From positions 1-53,144 of the IMG/VR virus record IMGVR_UViG_3300012920_000053: DNA of 53,144 bases; one strand, 5' to 3'. The DNA comes from a virus. Lineage: Duplodnaviria > Caudoviricetes. Below the pieces are notes generated by a model. It did no database searches, was not told the DNA's origin, and worked only from the letters and a program-made list of their open reading frames with translations. This document shows, one piece after another, positions 26,329 to 35,222 of this stretch (position 1 is its first letter; every line of letters starts with the position of its first letter). The translations under genes and the position numbers were made by a program.

Positions 26329-27156
26329 TTATTTGAGGTCCTTTTTATCTCCCACGATCACTCTTTCGGGCGCAAACTTAAATTCTACAGCATTCTCTCT
26401 TACAGTTATCTTTGGTTGATTGTCATTTTTTCCAGAACCAACTAAATATCCTAAAATTTTCAAATTAATAACCGTAGTGAAGGATCTTTCTTCCTCTTGG
26501 AGATTTGAAATATTATTATCTAAAGAAAAATCATTTTCTATGAACCCCTCAAACTTATGGCCATCGCGGGTGATGAAAAAATTATTTATTTGACCTGGAT
26601 ACGTTATAAAGGGATTGAATATTTCGTTCATTTGCTGTTGATATTCTGTATTGATTGTTAGTTTATAATTTGCTACAACATATGTCGGCACTGGTGTTGT
26701 CATTGTTGTATATACAACTTTATTATTTTCAAAGGGAAAGGTTTGTTGTTTGAATTTCTTTTTAGCGTCGGCATTTGCAAAATTAGAGGTTTTTTCTTGC
26801 TTTATGACCCTTGCGGCAGTGATGGCGCCGCCTTTAGCATCGGGCCTACGTGGAATGTGTGACCAAGCAACACCCTTAAAGGAAGGGTCTTTAGTCAAAG
26901 ATACTCTTTCGACACTTATAGCCGGAAGTATAAATGTATCTTTTTTTCTCAAATCTTTATTATCCTTTATTTGGTAAGCTCGTTCTGGCATTGACCAAAT
27001 AAGTGGCACTTTTTTCCAACCTTCATTGGTTGTGCAAAAAATATCCAATTCTTCATTTAACCAATCATACAGAGCAAGATCAATAGTCTCAATTGTAGAC
27101 GGCATAAACTTTATTTCTTGAATAATTTCATCATTTTTTCTACTTTTGTCACTCAT
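26329..27156 (-). CDS. Tail terminator / sheath stabiliser (gp15-like), 275 aa
   Basis: KKVPLIWSMPER...ILPAISVER...PVPTYVVANYKLTINTEYQQQMNEI resembles gp15-type proteins, in the neck gene cluster. Confidence 0.65.
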   Translation of the reverse strand: MSDKSRKNDEIIQEIKFMPSTIETIDLALYDWLNEELDIFCTTNEGWKKVPLIWSMPERAYQIKDNKDLRKKDTFILPAISVERVSLTKDPSFKGVAWSHIPRRPDAKGGAITAARVIKQEKTSNFANADAKKKFKQQTFPFENNKVVYTTMTTPVPTYVVANYKLTINTEYQQQMNEIFNPFITYPGQINNFFITRDGHKFEGFIENDFSLDNNISNLQEEERSFTTVINLKILGYLVGSGKNDNQPKITVRENAVEFKFAPERVIVGDKKDLK

Positions 27157-27167
27157 TTATGTATTTC

Positions 27168-28436
27168 CTATCCTTGAAAAATCAAATTTGGAACTCTTTT
27201 TTGTACTGTATTGACTGCTTCTGATTTTTCGGAATCTTGTTTTGCCATTTCGACATAAGTTAGCTGGTCCATAATCTCTTTCAGCTCTGTTCTTAGTGCT
27301 TCTTGCTCGGATTGGGCTTGAGAGAGGAGAGCATCGGCATTCAAATTTACCGACTCACCAGGAATCGGTATTGTTTGGAATTTTCCCCTAATTTGACCCA
27401 GAGTTTCTTTTGAAAGAGCTAAAGCGAATCTTCGTATCCACTGCTTACCGATTGCGTTGATATTTTCATAAGGGATATTATCAAAAGGAATGGTATTCAT
27501 ATTATTGATTCCATCAACTCCGTCCTTATAGCCCGAAGGATTGTCCCAACTGTTTGGAATGACTGAAAATTCTACCCACATATACTGATATGTTCCTAGC
27601 AAATCTGGCTGTGGAAAGATTCTCAATTTATTATTTTTCATCTCGAAAGAATAATGCGAAAGCCGAGTCCATAAATGATCCTCAAAGGCCTTTGCTTGTA
27701 ATTTATTGTGCCAAGACGGAATCAATTCAAAGGAAGAGTCGTCAGTATATTGTCCATAATAGTTCATATTACCAACAACATTCAGGCCGCCGAAATATCC
27801 AAAAAATCTCCACATTGCGTTTGGAGTTTTGAAAAATACTTTTTTAATAATGACTCTTTTGTCTTCTACAACTCCATCGAACTCAACTGGATTTCCGTCT
27901 GGCCCAATACCTGTGGCAGAGGATCCTGAAATGATTGCTTGCAGGTCATAATCTTGTTTTCCCTGTTCTAGCTTGAAAGAAGCAGAATAAATAGGAATTG
28001 TTCCCCCCATTCCAGCTTCATAAGAGAAGCCATCCGACACCCTTCTAGCATATTCGAACATTACACGAGGATATTTGAGATTTACACCCTCTGGTCCGTC
28101 TATGATATTACCGTCCTGATCAAAAGTGCCGGTTGCTTGACCAAGAACATCTGAAAGCATATTTTTTGATTGATGAAGATTTACTAAGTAACTGTACTCT
28201 AGTACGGCTTCTTCATAATTTGCATAAACATTGCTTGCCTTAAGTTCAATGTCTAGCACGTCTCCTCCTAACTTCTTGTAGGTATATGCGACTTGGTCAG
28301 CTGCACCAGAAAGAAAAGATTTAGAAGAATCATAAATTCCAAGAGGCAACGACGTTGCAACGTCAGCAACTGTTCCAGTTGCGGGCAAAATTGATTTGCT
28401 CATTTGGCTCTCGGGCGATAAATTAGGCAATGCCAT
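27168..28436 (-). CDS. Head-tail adaptor / neck protein (gp13-like), 422 aa
   Basis: YKKLGGDVLDIEL...YEEAVLEYS and WIRRFALALSKETLGQIRGKFQTIPIPGESVNLNADALLSQA. First gene after the major capsid protein. Confidence 0.8.
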   Translation of the reverse strand: MALPNLSPESQMSKSILPATGTVADVATSLPLGIYDSSKSFLSGAADQVAYTYKKLGGDVLDIELKASNVYANYEEAVLEYSYLVNLHQSKNMLSDVLGQATGTFDQDGNIIDGPEGVNLKYPRVMFEYARRVSDGFSYEAGMGGTIPIYSASFKLEQGKQDYDLQAIISGSSATGIGPDGNPVEFDGVVEDKRVIIKKVFFKTPNAMWRFFGYFGGLNVVGNMNYYGQYTDDSSFELIPSWHNKLQAKAFEDHLWTRLSHYSFEMKNNKLRIFPQPDLLGTYQYMWVEFSVIPNSWDNPSGYKDGVDGINNMNTIPFDNIPYENINAIGKQWIRRFALALSKETLGQIRGKFQTIPIPGESVNLNADALLSQAQSEQEALRTELKEIMDQLTYVEMAKQDSEKSEAVNTVQKRVPNLIFQG

Positions 28437-28453
28437 CGATTGTGCCCTCCTGG

Positions 28454-28463
28454 TTTAATTAGT
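28454..28463 (-). promoter_or_regulatory. Variant late-promoter-like motif (ACTAATTAAA)
   Basis: Lies between the capsid terminator and the AGGAGG RBS of the neck gene. Confidence 0.5.
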
Positions 28464-28471
28464 TTCTATAT

Positions 28472-28506
28472 AAACAAACCCCCCTCCGAAAGTCGGAAAG
28501 GGGGGT
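28472..28506 (-). terminator. Rho-independent terminator after the major capsid gene
   Basis: GC-rich bulged stem acccccctccga-aag-tcggaaaggggggt followed by UUGUUU on the minus strand. Confidence 0.75.
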
Positions 28507-28537
28507 ATTTATCTATAACAATTAGGAAAAACTAATT

Positions 28538-30271
28538 TTAGACTAAATCTTGAACAACGACAAGGCCATACATATCTGGACGAACCATTTTCTTCGCATA
28601 GCGAGTCATCACGCCCTTACGTGGCACGAAGTCCTCGGTACCGAAGATTGTAGGTGTCATCTGGAGTGGTACGTATGGTGCGTAAACGTATCCGCTTTCA
28701 AGGAAAGAAGAACCTTTACGTCCACAAAGTACTACGTTTCTTGGGAAGTAAGGATCAACATAAACGTCGAACTTCTTGCTCAAGGAACCAACTTTGACTG
28801 CGCCAGCTTGACCACGGTCGTCATCATGGGTAACTGCACCACGGAATCCAGCGGTAAACTCAAGGAGGTTAGCAACTTCTGGTGAACACACGATGAAGTT
28901 TGCTCCGCCGCGAAGAGTCTTGCGGTGAATTTGTGCAGAAACGTCATTGATTGTCTCAATCAAGGTTTCATACCATTCTGAAACATTACCAGTGAAGTCT
29001 GGGAAAGAACGCGTTGCTTCAGCGTTTAGAGCTGCGCCGGTGGAACGATTTACAAACTTACCTGGCAAGCGTGACCAGTACAAGGTTTGAGCAGTTGCAC
29101 CTTTCACGAGGTCTTCCAAGATTTCTTGGTCAATCTCAAGAGCGATGTGCTCTGAAAGGATAGAAGTCAACTCAACTTCTGCATCTAAGTTATGGTATGC
29201 GTTCAAGTCTTGAGCCAATTCTGGTGTCCACTTAGCCTTGAGCTTCTTGGTCTTCGCAGTCACAGCGATAGAATCAACCTTGATGTCGATTTCTGGAATG
29301 CGTGTTTCGTTTTCAAGACCCCAAGTCTCATCAGCTAAAACAGAACCAAGCGCGCCGCCTTCATCGAAGTTATCGTCGATAACGAAAGTAGCTTGATCAT
29401 TAGCTGTCATGGTGCCCGAAAGAGTGGCAGTATCTGTGCCGCCGGCACAAACAAGCAAAACTCTCTTTTCTGCGGTTGGGTCATCAGCTGTCAAGCGACG
29501 TACCTGAGTATCGTCAACTGTTCCGCCATTTTCAAGAGTAACAGTGACATAATCTTTGATATTGAATTGGTCGCCTGTCAAAGTTGATAAAGGAACTGAG
29601 ATAACAGCACAAGCTGTACCAGAAGCGATATCTGGGTCAAAGCGAATCAACTTATCGCCGAGAGCTGCCAAAGCGTCACCAGCGGCGCCGCCGAGACCAG
29701 TCCATTCTGTATCACCAATGCCGCCAGCAGTACCGAGAGCCATTGGAAGACCAGTAAGTGTGAGGCCGCCGTCAACGGAACCGGTTGGGCTTGAGTAGCC
29801 GTTGTTTAGAGCGTAGAAGCTTTGTTCTGCGCTGTCTCCAGACAAAAGAACACCGCCAGTGATCTGGGATGCAATTCTTCCACCACCATACACGGAGGCG
29901 CCTTCTTCGTAATCAAGACGAGCTGCGTCCGGACCACCATAAGTGAAGTCAAGGAAGAAAATGAGGCCTGATGGGAGGCTCATAGGTTGAACCGAAACGA
30001 GATCGTTTGCGATCAATCCACCGAATACACGGCGAACAATTGGGAATGCTACAGAAGAGAAACCTTCTACATCCTGACCAGCCATAGAACTGGCCTCACG
30101 AAGAAGTTCCTTCGCTTGGTTTTCAAGCAGGGAAGCCATTCCGTGCTTTTGGCGCTCATCCGCGAGTCCTTCAAGAAGACCAGTCTTTTCCCACTTGGAG
30201 AGAAGAGCAGCACCTTCTTTGGAGAGGTCTCTACGAACAATGCCTTCTGTTAATTTATTTAGAATAGACAT
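28538..30271 (-). CDS. gp23: Major capsid protein (T4 gp23-like), 577 aa
   Basis: FPIVRRVF...LVSVQPMSLPSGLIFFL...VTAKTKKLKAKWTPELAQDLNAYHNLDAEVELTSILSEHIALEIDQEIL...GYVYAPYVPL...PRKGVMTRYA. Confidence 0.96.
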   Translation of the reverse strand: MSILNKLTEGIVRRDLSKEGAALLSKWEKTGLLEGLADERQKHGMASLLENQAKELLREASSMAGQDVEGFSSVAFPIVRRVFGGLIANDLVSVQPMSLPSGLIFFLDFTYGGPDAARLDYEEGASVYGGGRIASQITGGVLLSGDSAEQSFYALNNGYSSPTGSVDGGLTLTGLPMALGTAGGIGDTEWTGLGGAAGDALAALGDKLIRFDPDIASGTACAVISVPLSTLTGDQFNIKDYVTVTLENGGTVDDTQVRRLTADDPTAEKRVLLVCAGGTDTATLSGTMTANDQATFVIDDNFDEGGALGSVLADETWGLENETRIPEIDIKVDSIAVTAKTKKLKAKWTPELAQDLNAYHNLDAEVELTSILSEHIALEIDQEILEDLVKGATAQTLYWSRLPGKFVNRSTGAALNAEATRSFPDFTGNVSEWYETLIETINDVSAQIHRKTLRGGANFIVCSPEVANLLEFTAGFRGAVTHDDDRGQAGAVKVGSLSKKFDVYVDPYFPRNVVLCGRKGSSFLESGYVYAPYVPLQMTPTIFGTEDFVPRKGVMTRYAKKMVRPDMYGLVVVQDLV

Positions 30272-30287
30272 GATTTTAAAAATCTCC

Positions 30288-31274
30288 TTATTTATGCGTC
30301 TTAATACCAGCTAAAATCTGCATCCTGTCCGTTACCGGAGAGGCTTCAGTTCTAACTTCTCTTCTAGGTAAAGTGGCAGAAGGTCTTTCGATGGTCTCAC
30401 GAAGTGATTGTGGATGCGCTTTACCTGATACACTTCCCACTGCGTTTTTAAGAGTTTCGAATATTACCTTTGCTTCCTCAATAGAATCTGATTTTGACAG
30501 CGCTTCGACAATTTTATTTTTTTGTCGCTCATTCAGGGAGTTGTCTGTCAACACCTTATTCGTGTAAACTAATCTAGCGTTAGAAAGATTAGTTTTATTG
30601 AAATTTTCTTTCAAGATCTGAAGTGCTTCCAGCATTTTGGCATTTTTTGCCTTGAGTTTATCATTTTGCTCGGAAAGCCTTTCTCCAGCTTGTGTTAATG
30701 CTTTTACTTGCTCTTGAGCTTCTGTAGCGGAGCGTCTTGCAAGTTCTAATTCTTCTTTGTAATCCATAATTGTGTCAGGAGTTCCTACCCAGCCACTTTT
30801 TTGAGGCGCGATATCAACAACCAATTCTTCAATTAGTTCGTCAAGATTATCGATAGTCACATCAGTGTCTTCCTCTTGGCCTTCTTGGAGTGCAACTTCG
30901 ATGGATGCATCTTCGATTTCTGCTGGCGGCTCAAGGCCTTCCGGAGAAGCGGTAGAGTGAGATGAAGGTTGACCTTCCTCTTCTTCTGTTAGCTTTTCCG
31001 CCAAAGAAATGAGAGAATCCAAATCTAATTCGATTTTCTCATCCTCTTCTAAGGACTCTTGCGGAGTAGGATCAGCTGCCAATGGTAAGCTATCCTGCAA
31101 ATTCGACGAAGATGCTAAATCTTCGGAGTTATCATCCTCCTGTTCCAACAAAGTTTCAACTGCTTCGCGGATATCGGTAGAATATTTATCTAAAATGGCA
31201 GATTCAGCGTTTTTGACTGCTGCCTCTCGTAATGCATTTGCATCAATAATTGCTTGTTCTAGTAGTGAAGACAT
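30288..31274 (-). CDS. Prohead core scaffold protein (gp22-like), 328 aa
   Basis: Very acidic coiled-coil protein directly upstream of the capsid gene, with many L/I-x-E sites and ending RMQILAGIK. Confidence 0.75.
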   Translation of the reverse strand: MSSLLEQAIIDANALREAAVKNAESAILDKYSTDIREAVETLLEQEDDNSEDLASSSNLQDSLPLAADPTPQESLEEDEKIELDLDSLISLAEKLTEEEEGQPSSHSTASPEGLEPPAEIEDASIEVALQEGQEEDTDVTIDNLDELIEELVVDIAPQKSGWVGTPDTIMDYKEELELARRSATEAQEQVKALTQAGERLSEQNDKLKAKNAKMLEALQILKENFNKTNLSNARLVYTNKVLTDNSLNERQKNKIVEALSKSDSIEEAKVIFETLKNAVGSVSGKAHPQSLRETIERPSATLPRREVRTEASPVTDRMQILAGIKTHK

Positions 31275-31303
31275 GAAAAAATTCCCTTATAGATTTCATC
31301 ATA

Positions 31304-31313
31304 AATAAATAGT
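31304..31313 (-). promoter_or_regulatory. Late-promoter-like motif (ACTATTTATT)
   Basis: + strand aataaatagt, 30 nt upstream of the scaffold start. Confidence 0.6.
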
Positions 31314-31368
31314 TTAATGAATTCTAAAAAGACAAATTTTATAATTTAGACATAAAAATGGGCATTTT

Positions 31369-31788
31369 TTAGCCAACTCCGGCCGATCCGGACCAATTAT
31401 TCTCAATTTGATCAACAGAAATTCCAGTTAAACCTGCAATAACGTCTGTTTCGGCGGAGGTACCCTCTAGCCACAATTCAGTTACTTTAAGTTCCAGTCT
31501 AAAATCTGGAGAGTTTGGGGTTGTAGCCCCAGCATCTGGAATTTTGAAATAATTTGTTCCGCCCTGCGATGGCAACCCTTTTCTAGAAAATGCCACGAAA
31601 ACATTGTGATCAGTGGCAGCATCATGATTTCTTATATTCACCCAGCGAGTGACAGACGGAAAAGAAATTACAAACGGATCAGTACCACTAGCTGATTCTG
31701 TATCAATATTGACACTACCTGTAGCGAATGGCTTTCCTGACACCTGATATGACGCTGCATTGCCGAGTCCTGCTCTATAATATGACAT
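31369..31788 (-). CDS. Putative small virion protein (beta-rich, 139 aa)
   Basis: Ser/Thr/Gly-rich ORF in the head module with its own ACTATTTATA motif (31810-31819) and AGGA RBS. Confidence 0.6.
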   Translation of the reverse strand: MSYYRAGLGNAASYQVSGKPFATGSVNIDTESASGTDPFVISFPSVTRWVNIRNHDAATDHNVFVAFSRKGLPSQGGTNYFKIPDAGATTPNSPDFRLELKVTELWLEGTSAETDVIAGLTGISVDQIENNWSGSAGVG

Positions 31789-31831
31789 GTTTTTTTCCTT
31801 CCTTCAGACTATAAATAGTTCTTTGTTTGAA

Positions 31832-32104
31832 CTATCTTCTTCTTTTTTTCTTTGGTTTTGGAAGAGAATCAAAATCTGCTTCCATAATTCTTTTTTCTTC
31901 GGCCTTCAATTTGTCCAAAACTTTTTGACGCTTTTTTTCAGCCTTATTTCTCTTCTCTGAAGGTTTTTGATATCGCAAAGTTTCTCGGTACTTTTCTAAT
32001 ACCCTGTATTTCTTTACCTTCTTCATAAATCTTTTGATCATTCTCTGATCGTTATCGTGTTTACCTCTAGGCCTAACCGATACATTAGCTGGACGTTTTG
32101 ACAT
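31832..32104 (-). CDS. rpsU: Phage-encoded ribosomal protein bS21 with a basic C-terminal extension
   Basis: VSVRPRGKHDNDQRMIKRFMKKVKKYRVLEKYRETLRYQKPSEKRNK matches the bS21 pattern (VxV...xxRRFKK...R...YxKPSxKR). Confidence 0.8.
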   Translation of the reverse strand: MSKRPANVSVRPRGKHDNDQRMIKRFMKKVKKYRVLEKYRETLRYQKPSEKRNKAEKKRQKVLDKLKAEEKRIMEADFDSLPKPKKKRRR

Positions 32105-32153
32105 CTTTTCTCCACTTGTCTTCTATAAGTAGATTATTTTTGATTTTATTACA

Positions 32154-32576
32154 TTAAATCATGTTTTTCCAATTTTTTCCGCCACCGAGGGCCATAATCG
32201 CACTAATATCTACACCTGGATCGTTAGGGGCGTAGTTTGATAATGGGCCACTAGATGATTTATCGCTCACGGATCCGCCGGACGAAATTGGATCAACGCC
32301 TTCGAAGATTCCTTCGAACCCTCCTCCGAGAGACTTTTCTAGTTTTCTTCTTTTTTCTGTCATCAGTTGTTTAGCTTCCGCTTGAAGCTCGGCGCGTTGT
32401 CGAGAGAAGTCTGGCGCCGGGGTTTCTACTTTTGTCTCAACGATTGTTTGTTGAGGACCGATACCAACTGCCACTTCTTTGATTAAACTTGACAAAACTC
32501 CCTCTTCAAAGATTACTTCTTTGATGCATTCTTTGATAAGGGGCTTTAGGATTTTTTGTAGTTCTTGTTTTTTCAT
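32154..32576 (-). CDS. Hypothetical head-module protein, 140 aa
   Basis: ATGA-coupled to the protease gene; N-terminal LKPLIKECIKEVIFEE. Confidence 0.7.
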   Translation of the reverse strand: MKKQELQKILKPLIKECIKEVIFEEGVLSSLIKEVAVGIGPQQTIVETKVETPAPDFSRQRAELQAEAKQLMTEKRRKLEKSLGGGFEGIFEGVDPISSGGSVSDKSSSGPLSNYAPNDPGVDISAIMALGGGKNWKNMI

Positions 32577-33190
32577 TTATCACCCAAAATATCGTTTAAA
32601 GCGCGATTAATTCTATCGGCTTTGGTAAAAATGTTTGGCTCTTTATATTGCTTGCCTTCTTGCAAGTTCATAAATGCATTTGGCGTACTTGGCTCTGAAA
32701 CGAAATCAAAGCAAATAAGCTGGAAATCATCTTCGACAACAACTCCTCCCTGTACATTCTCCCTCACAGAACCCAAACCTCGTGAAGAAATACCAAGCTG
32801 GACTCCAGATTCCACCAGAGAGCGTAGAATTTGTCCGGACGGAGTACCCAAGACTTTAACGGTTCCCATGACTTTTGGGCCATCAGCCCAAATATTTGTC
32901 ACCATGTGGCTTGCATTTCTCAAATTAATAACAGAATCATCTGGATGATCAAGTTCACCCAGCGCTCTCTTTTCTTTTACGAGTTTTTGATAGGTTCTCA
33001 TTTCTCTCATAAGAGTTTTTTCTGGATATACTCTTCCATTGCCATTTTGAATATCTGCTTGTTGCATCAAACCAGTCAAATACATGGCATTGTTTTCTTT
33101 TATATCTATTTTTTCTGCCTCGGTAAGTAAATCTTGGCAAACGCCACCTTCACACAAGGCATAATATTCTCTCAATAAGACTTTATTCAT
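32573..33190 (-). CDS. gp21: Prohead core protease (T4 gp21-like)
   Basis: QNGNGRVYP...ALGELDHP...NASH...LGTPSGQIL...LGISSRGLGSV...DFQLICFDFVSEPSTPNAF. Confidence 0.95.
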   Translation of the reverse strand: MNKVLLREYYALCEGGVCQDLLTEAEKIDIKENNAMYLTGLMQQADIQNGNGRVYPEKTLMREMRTYQKLVKEKRALGELDHPDDSVINLRNASHMVTNIWADGPKVMGTVKVLGTPSGQILRSLVESGVQLGISSRGLGSVRENVQGGVVVEDDFQLICFDFVSEPSTPNAFMNLQEGKQYKEPNIFTKADRINRALNDILGDK

Positions 33191-33211
33191 TTCCCTTCCT
33201 CTCTAAAGTAG

Positions 33212-33265
33212 TCAACAACCGCTTTTGCAGCGGCGGACATTACGAAGCATATATCTTTTAAGCAT
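33212..33265 (-). CDS. Putative 17-aa basic Cys-containing micropeptide (MLKRYMLRNVRRCKSGC)
   Basis: ATG at 33265 is preceded by AGGGGGTGA, a strong SD overlapping the upstream stop. It fills the gap before the protease gene. Confidence 0.45.
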   Translation of the reverse strand: MLKRYMLRNVRRCKSGC

Positions 33266-33269
33266 TAGA

Positions 33270-33560
33270 TCACCCCCTTTCTTTATGGATTTTGATGCCA
33301 TAGTCTCCGAAGACCATGTTTATTATATATGATGTCCCTGAACTGATCCATCCACAAATTAGAAAATTAGCAATGTTCAGTTCATATATAAATAGTTCAG
33401 TCAAAGGGCTAATACCGCACAAAAATACACCAACCCAGAACCCCACACACATAGGGCATGTCCAGAAATAGCCTTTCGGCCTTATTCTGTCAAAAATTTT
33501 ACCGTAACAAAGGAGTTGTGTTAACCCATAAGCTGCTAAGACGAAATAAAGGAGTGACAC
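33270..33560 (-). CDS. Small membrane protein with a CPMC motif (DUF1360-like), 96 aa
   Basis: Hydrophobic segments flanking FWTCPMCVGFWVG. Confidence 0.65.
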   Translation of the reverse strand: MSLLYFVLAAYGLTQLLCYGKIFDRIRPKGYFWTCPMCVGFWVGVFLCGISPLTELFIYELNIANFLICGWISSGTSYIINMVFGDYGIKIHKERG

Positions 33561-33565
33561 ATTAC

Positions 33566-33865
33566 CTACTTATTTACCAAAGTATAGGCATTTGCGATGG
33601 CGATTACAGCAAGAGGGCCTAAATCTCCAAATTCGTTATCGCCAGACTTAAACAAATCAATGTATTTTCTTTGAATATCGTGCATCAGGCCTGTTTCATC
33701 TAATCTCGCCAACTTTTCGAATCCGTTAGCGGCGGCTGACGCTTGCTCGTGAGCAGCAACAAAATGATCATGCTTAGCATTCTCTAGATCGCTCTGATTA
33801 GATAAAGAAGCTTCATTGATTTCTTCTTTGATAATTTTTATCAGTTGAGATTTAGTTATTTTCAT
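33566..33865 (-). CDS. Hypothetical protein with an N-terminal MKITKSQLIKIIKEEI tag (possible internal head protein)
   Basis: The first 16 aa are nearly identical to those of the ORF at 39338-39820. Confidence 0.7.
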   Translation of the reverse strand: MKITKSQLIKIIKEEINEASLSNQSDLENAKHDHFVAAHEQASAAANGFEKLARLDETGLMHDIQRKYIDLFKSGDNEFGDLGPLAVIAIANAYTLVNK

Positions 33866-34401
33866 TTTTCTTTTCCTTCAAGCATGTAACTCATCCAATA
33901 TGGTGAATTATTATACCCAGGCCTAATTGATCCTTTTTCTGTTGCTTGGGGGACTTCTCCCAGTTCTGTCGAATCTTGATCTGTTGGCTGCGTATAATAG
34001 TCGTCTAGCATTTGCTCGTAATCATCGATGTAATCATATCGAGGCTTCTCTTCTTTGAGGAAAGTATATACATTGTAGATTGCGTAATCCAAAACATTTA
34101 TTTCCGGATCCTTTGATTCTGCGATTATGCCTTCGATGGATCCATAAACGTTGCCACCCCTGACTGAATCATAGGTGATAATTCCCTTTCTTTTCAAATA
34201 TTCGAAAAATCTGTCTTGAACATGATAAATTGTTTCCGAATAATCATCCTTTGCAAACGTAACGACTTTTCTTTTATCGGGCATAATAACGATATCAATC
34301 TCTTTGTGGTCAAAAATCAAAATATTTCCATCAAGAGTTTTTCTTGCTTTCATTTCTAGTTGAATAAGTTTTTTTTGTTTGCTAATTTTGACCGAAATCA
34401 T
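33862..34401 (-). CDS. Hypothetical head-module protein, 179 aa
   Basis: ATGA-coupled ORF in a contiguous operon. Confidence 0.75.
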   Translation of the reverse strand: MISVKISKQKKLIQLEMKARKTLDGNILIFDHKEIDIVIMPDKRKVVTFAKDDYSETIYHVQDRFFEYLKRKGIITYDSVRGGNVYGSIEGIIAESKDPEINVLDYAIYNVYTFLKEEKPRYDYIDDYEQMLDDYYTQPTDQDSTELGEVPQATEKGSIRPGYNNSPYWMSYMLEGKEK

Positions 34402-35222
34402 GGCGCTTCAATCTCCTTCACTAGATTTTGAATTTTCAAGATTTCTTGTACCATGTCTTTGTCGATCTTTCTTTCAGAAAATGATTCTAAAGTCTCTACA
34501 ACCCTCTTTATCCCATCGATCATATCTGAATCTCTAGAAATATCTGACATATTTAGAGATCTTTTCATAGTTTCTGTCAATCTACTTATTTCTTCATTTA
34601 GGAACACTTTTAATTCAACTCCGTTATCTGTAAAAGACTGAATATAATGTCCCAATAAGCTTTTTTGTTCCGAAATAAGCTCTGAACCATATTTTTCATT
34701 GAATTTCTTAACAAATGTTTTATAAGTCAGGTTATCAACGGGCTTCATAGCGGGAGACTTGCTTTCTTGAGAAGAAGTCATACTATTTACTACTTGGTTT
34801 TCCAACAAAACTCTCTGTTTTGTTTTAGTTCGGTAATCAAAAATCTGATATAAGGTAGCAATATCTCTATAATTTGGGATGAAATTAGAAAAAACACTAG
34901 GAGATACAAGTTTATTGATTTTATCAATTACTTCCGTCTGTTCCCTAAAGAGTTCTTTTTCGTTGATAGATTTTTTGCCCATCCTAGCTTCAAAAATAAT
35001 TTTTTCTGCGGTTACTCTATCAATATTTTTGGTATCCAAAATGGCTTTATAGAAATCCAAATCTTTTGCCATCAAAGAAGATCCTTTGAAATTTTCTTTT
35101 ACCAATTTGATAATAGTTTTTTTCTTTTTATCATCTTTTGCAACGATAGCCCTCGTTAGTTCTCTAATAAGAGCCTCAAAAATAAACGCTGTGTTACGCT
35201 TTTTGTTGTGTTTCATTCTCAT
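34398..35222 (-). CDS. Hypothetical protein downstream of portal, 274 aa
   Basis: Helical, charged ORF (KHNKKRNTAFIFEALIRE) overlapping the end of the portal gene. Confidence 0.75.
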   Translation of the reverse strand: MRMKHNKKRNTAFIFEALIRELTRAIVAKDDKKKKTIIKLVKENFKGSSLMAKDLDFYKAILDTKNIDRVTAEKIIFEARMGKKSINEKELFREQTEVIDKINKLVSPSVFSNFIPNYRDIATLYQIFDYRTKTKQRVLLENQVVNSMTSSQESKSPAMKPVDNLTYKTFVKKFNEKYGSELISEQKSLLGHYIQSFTDNGVELKVFLNEEISRLTETMKRSLNMSDISRDSDMIDGIKRVVETLESFSERKIDKDMVQEILKIQNLVKEIEAP

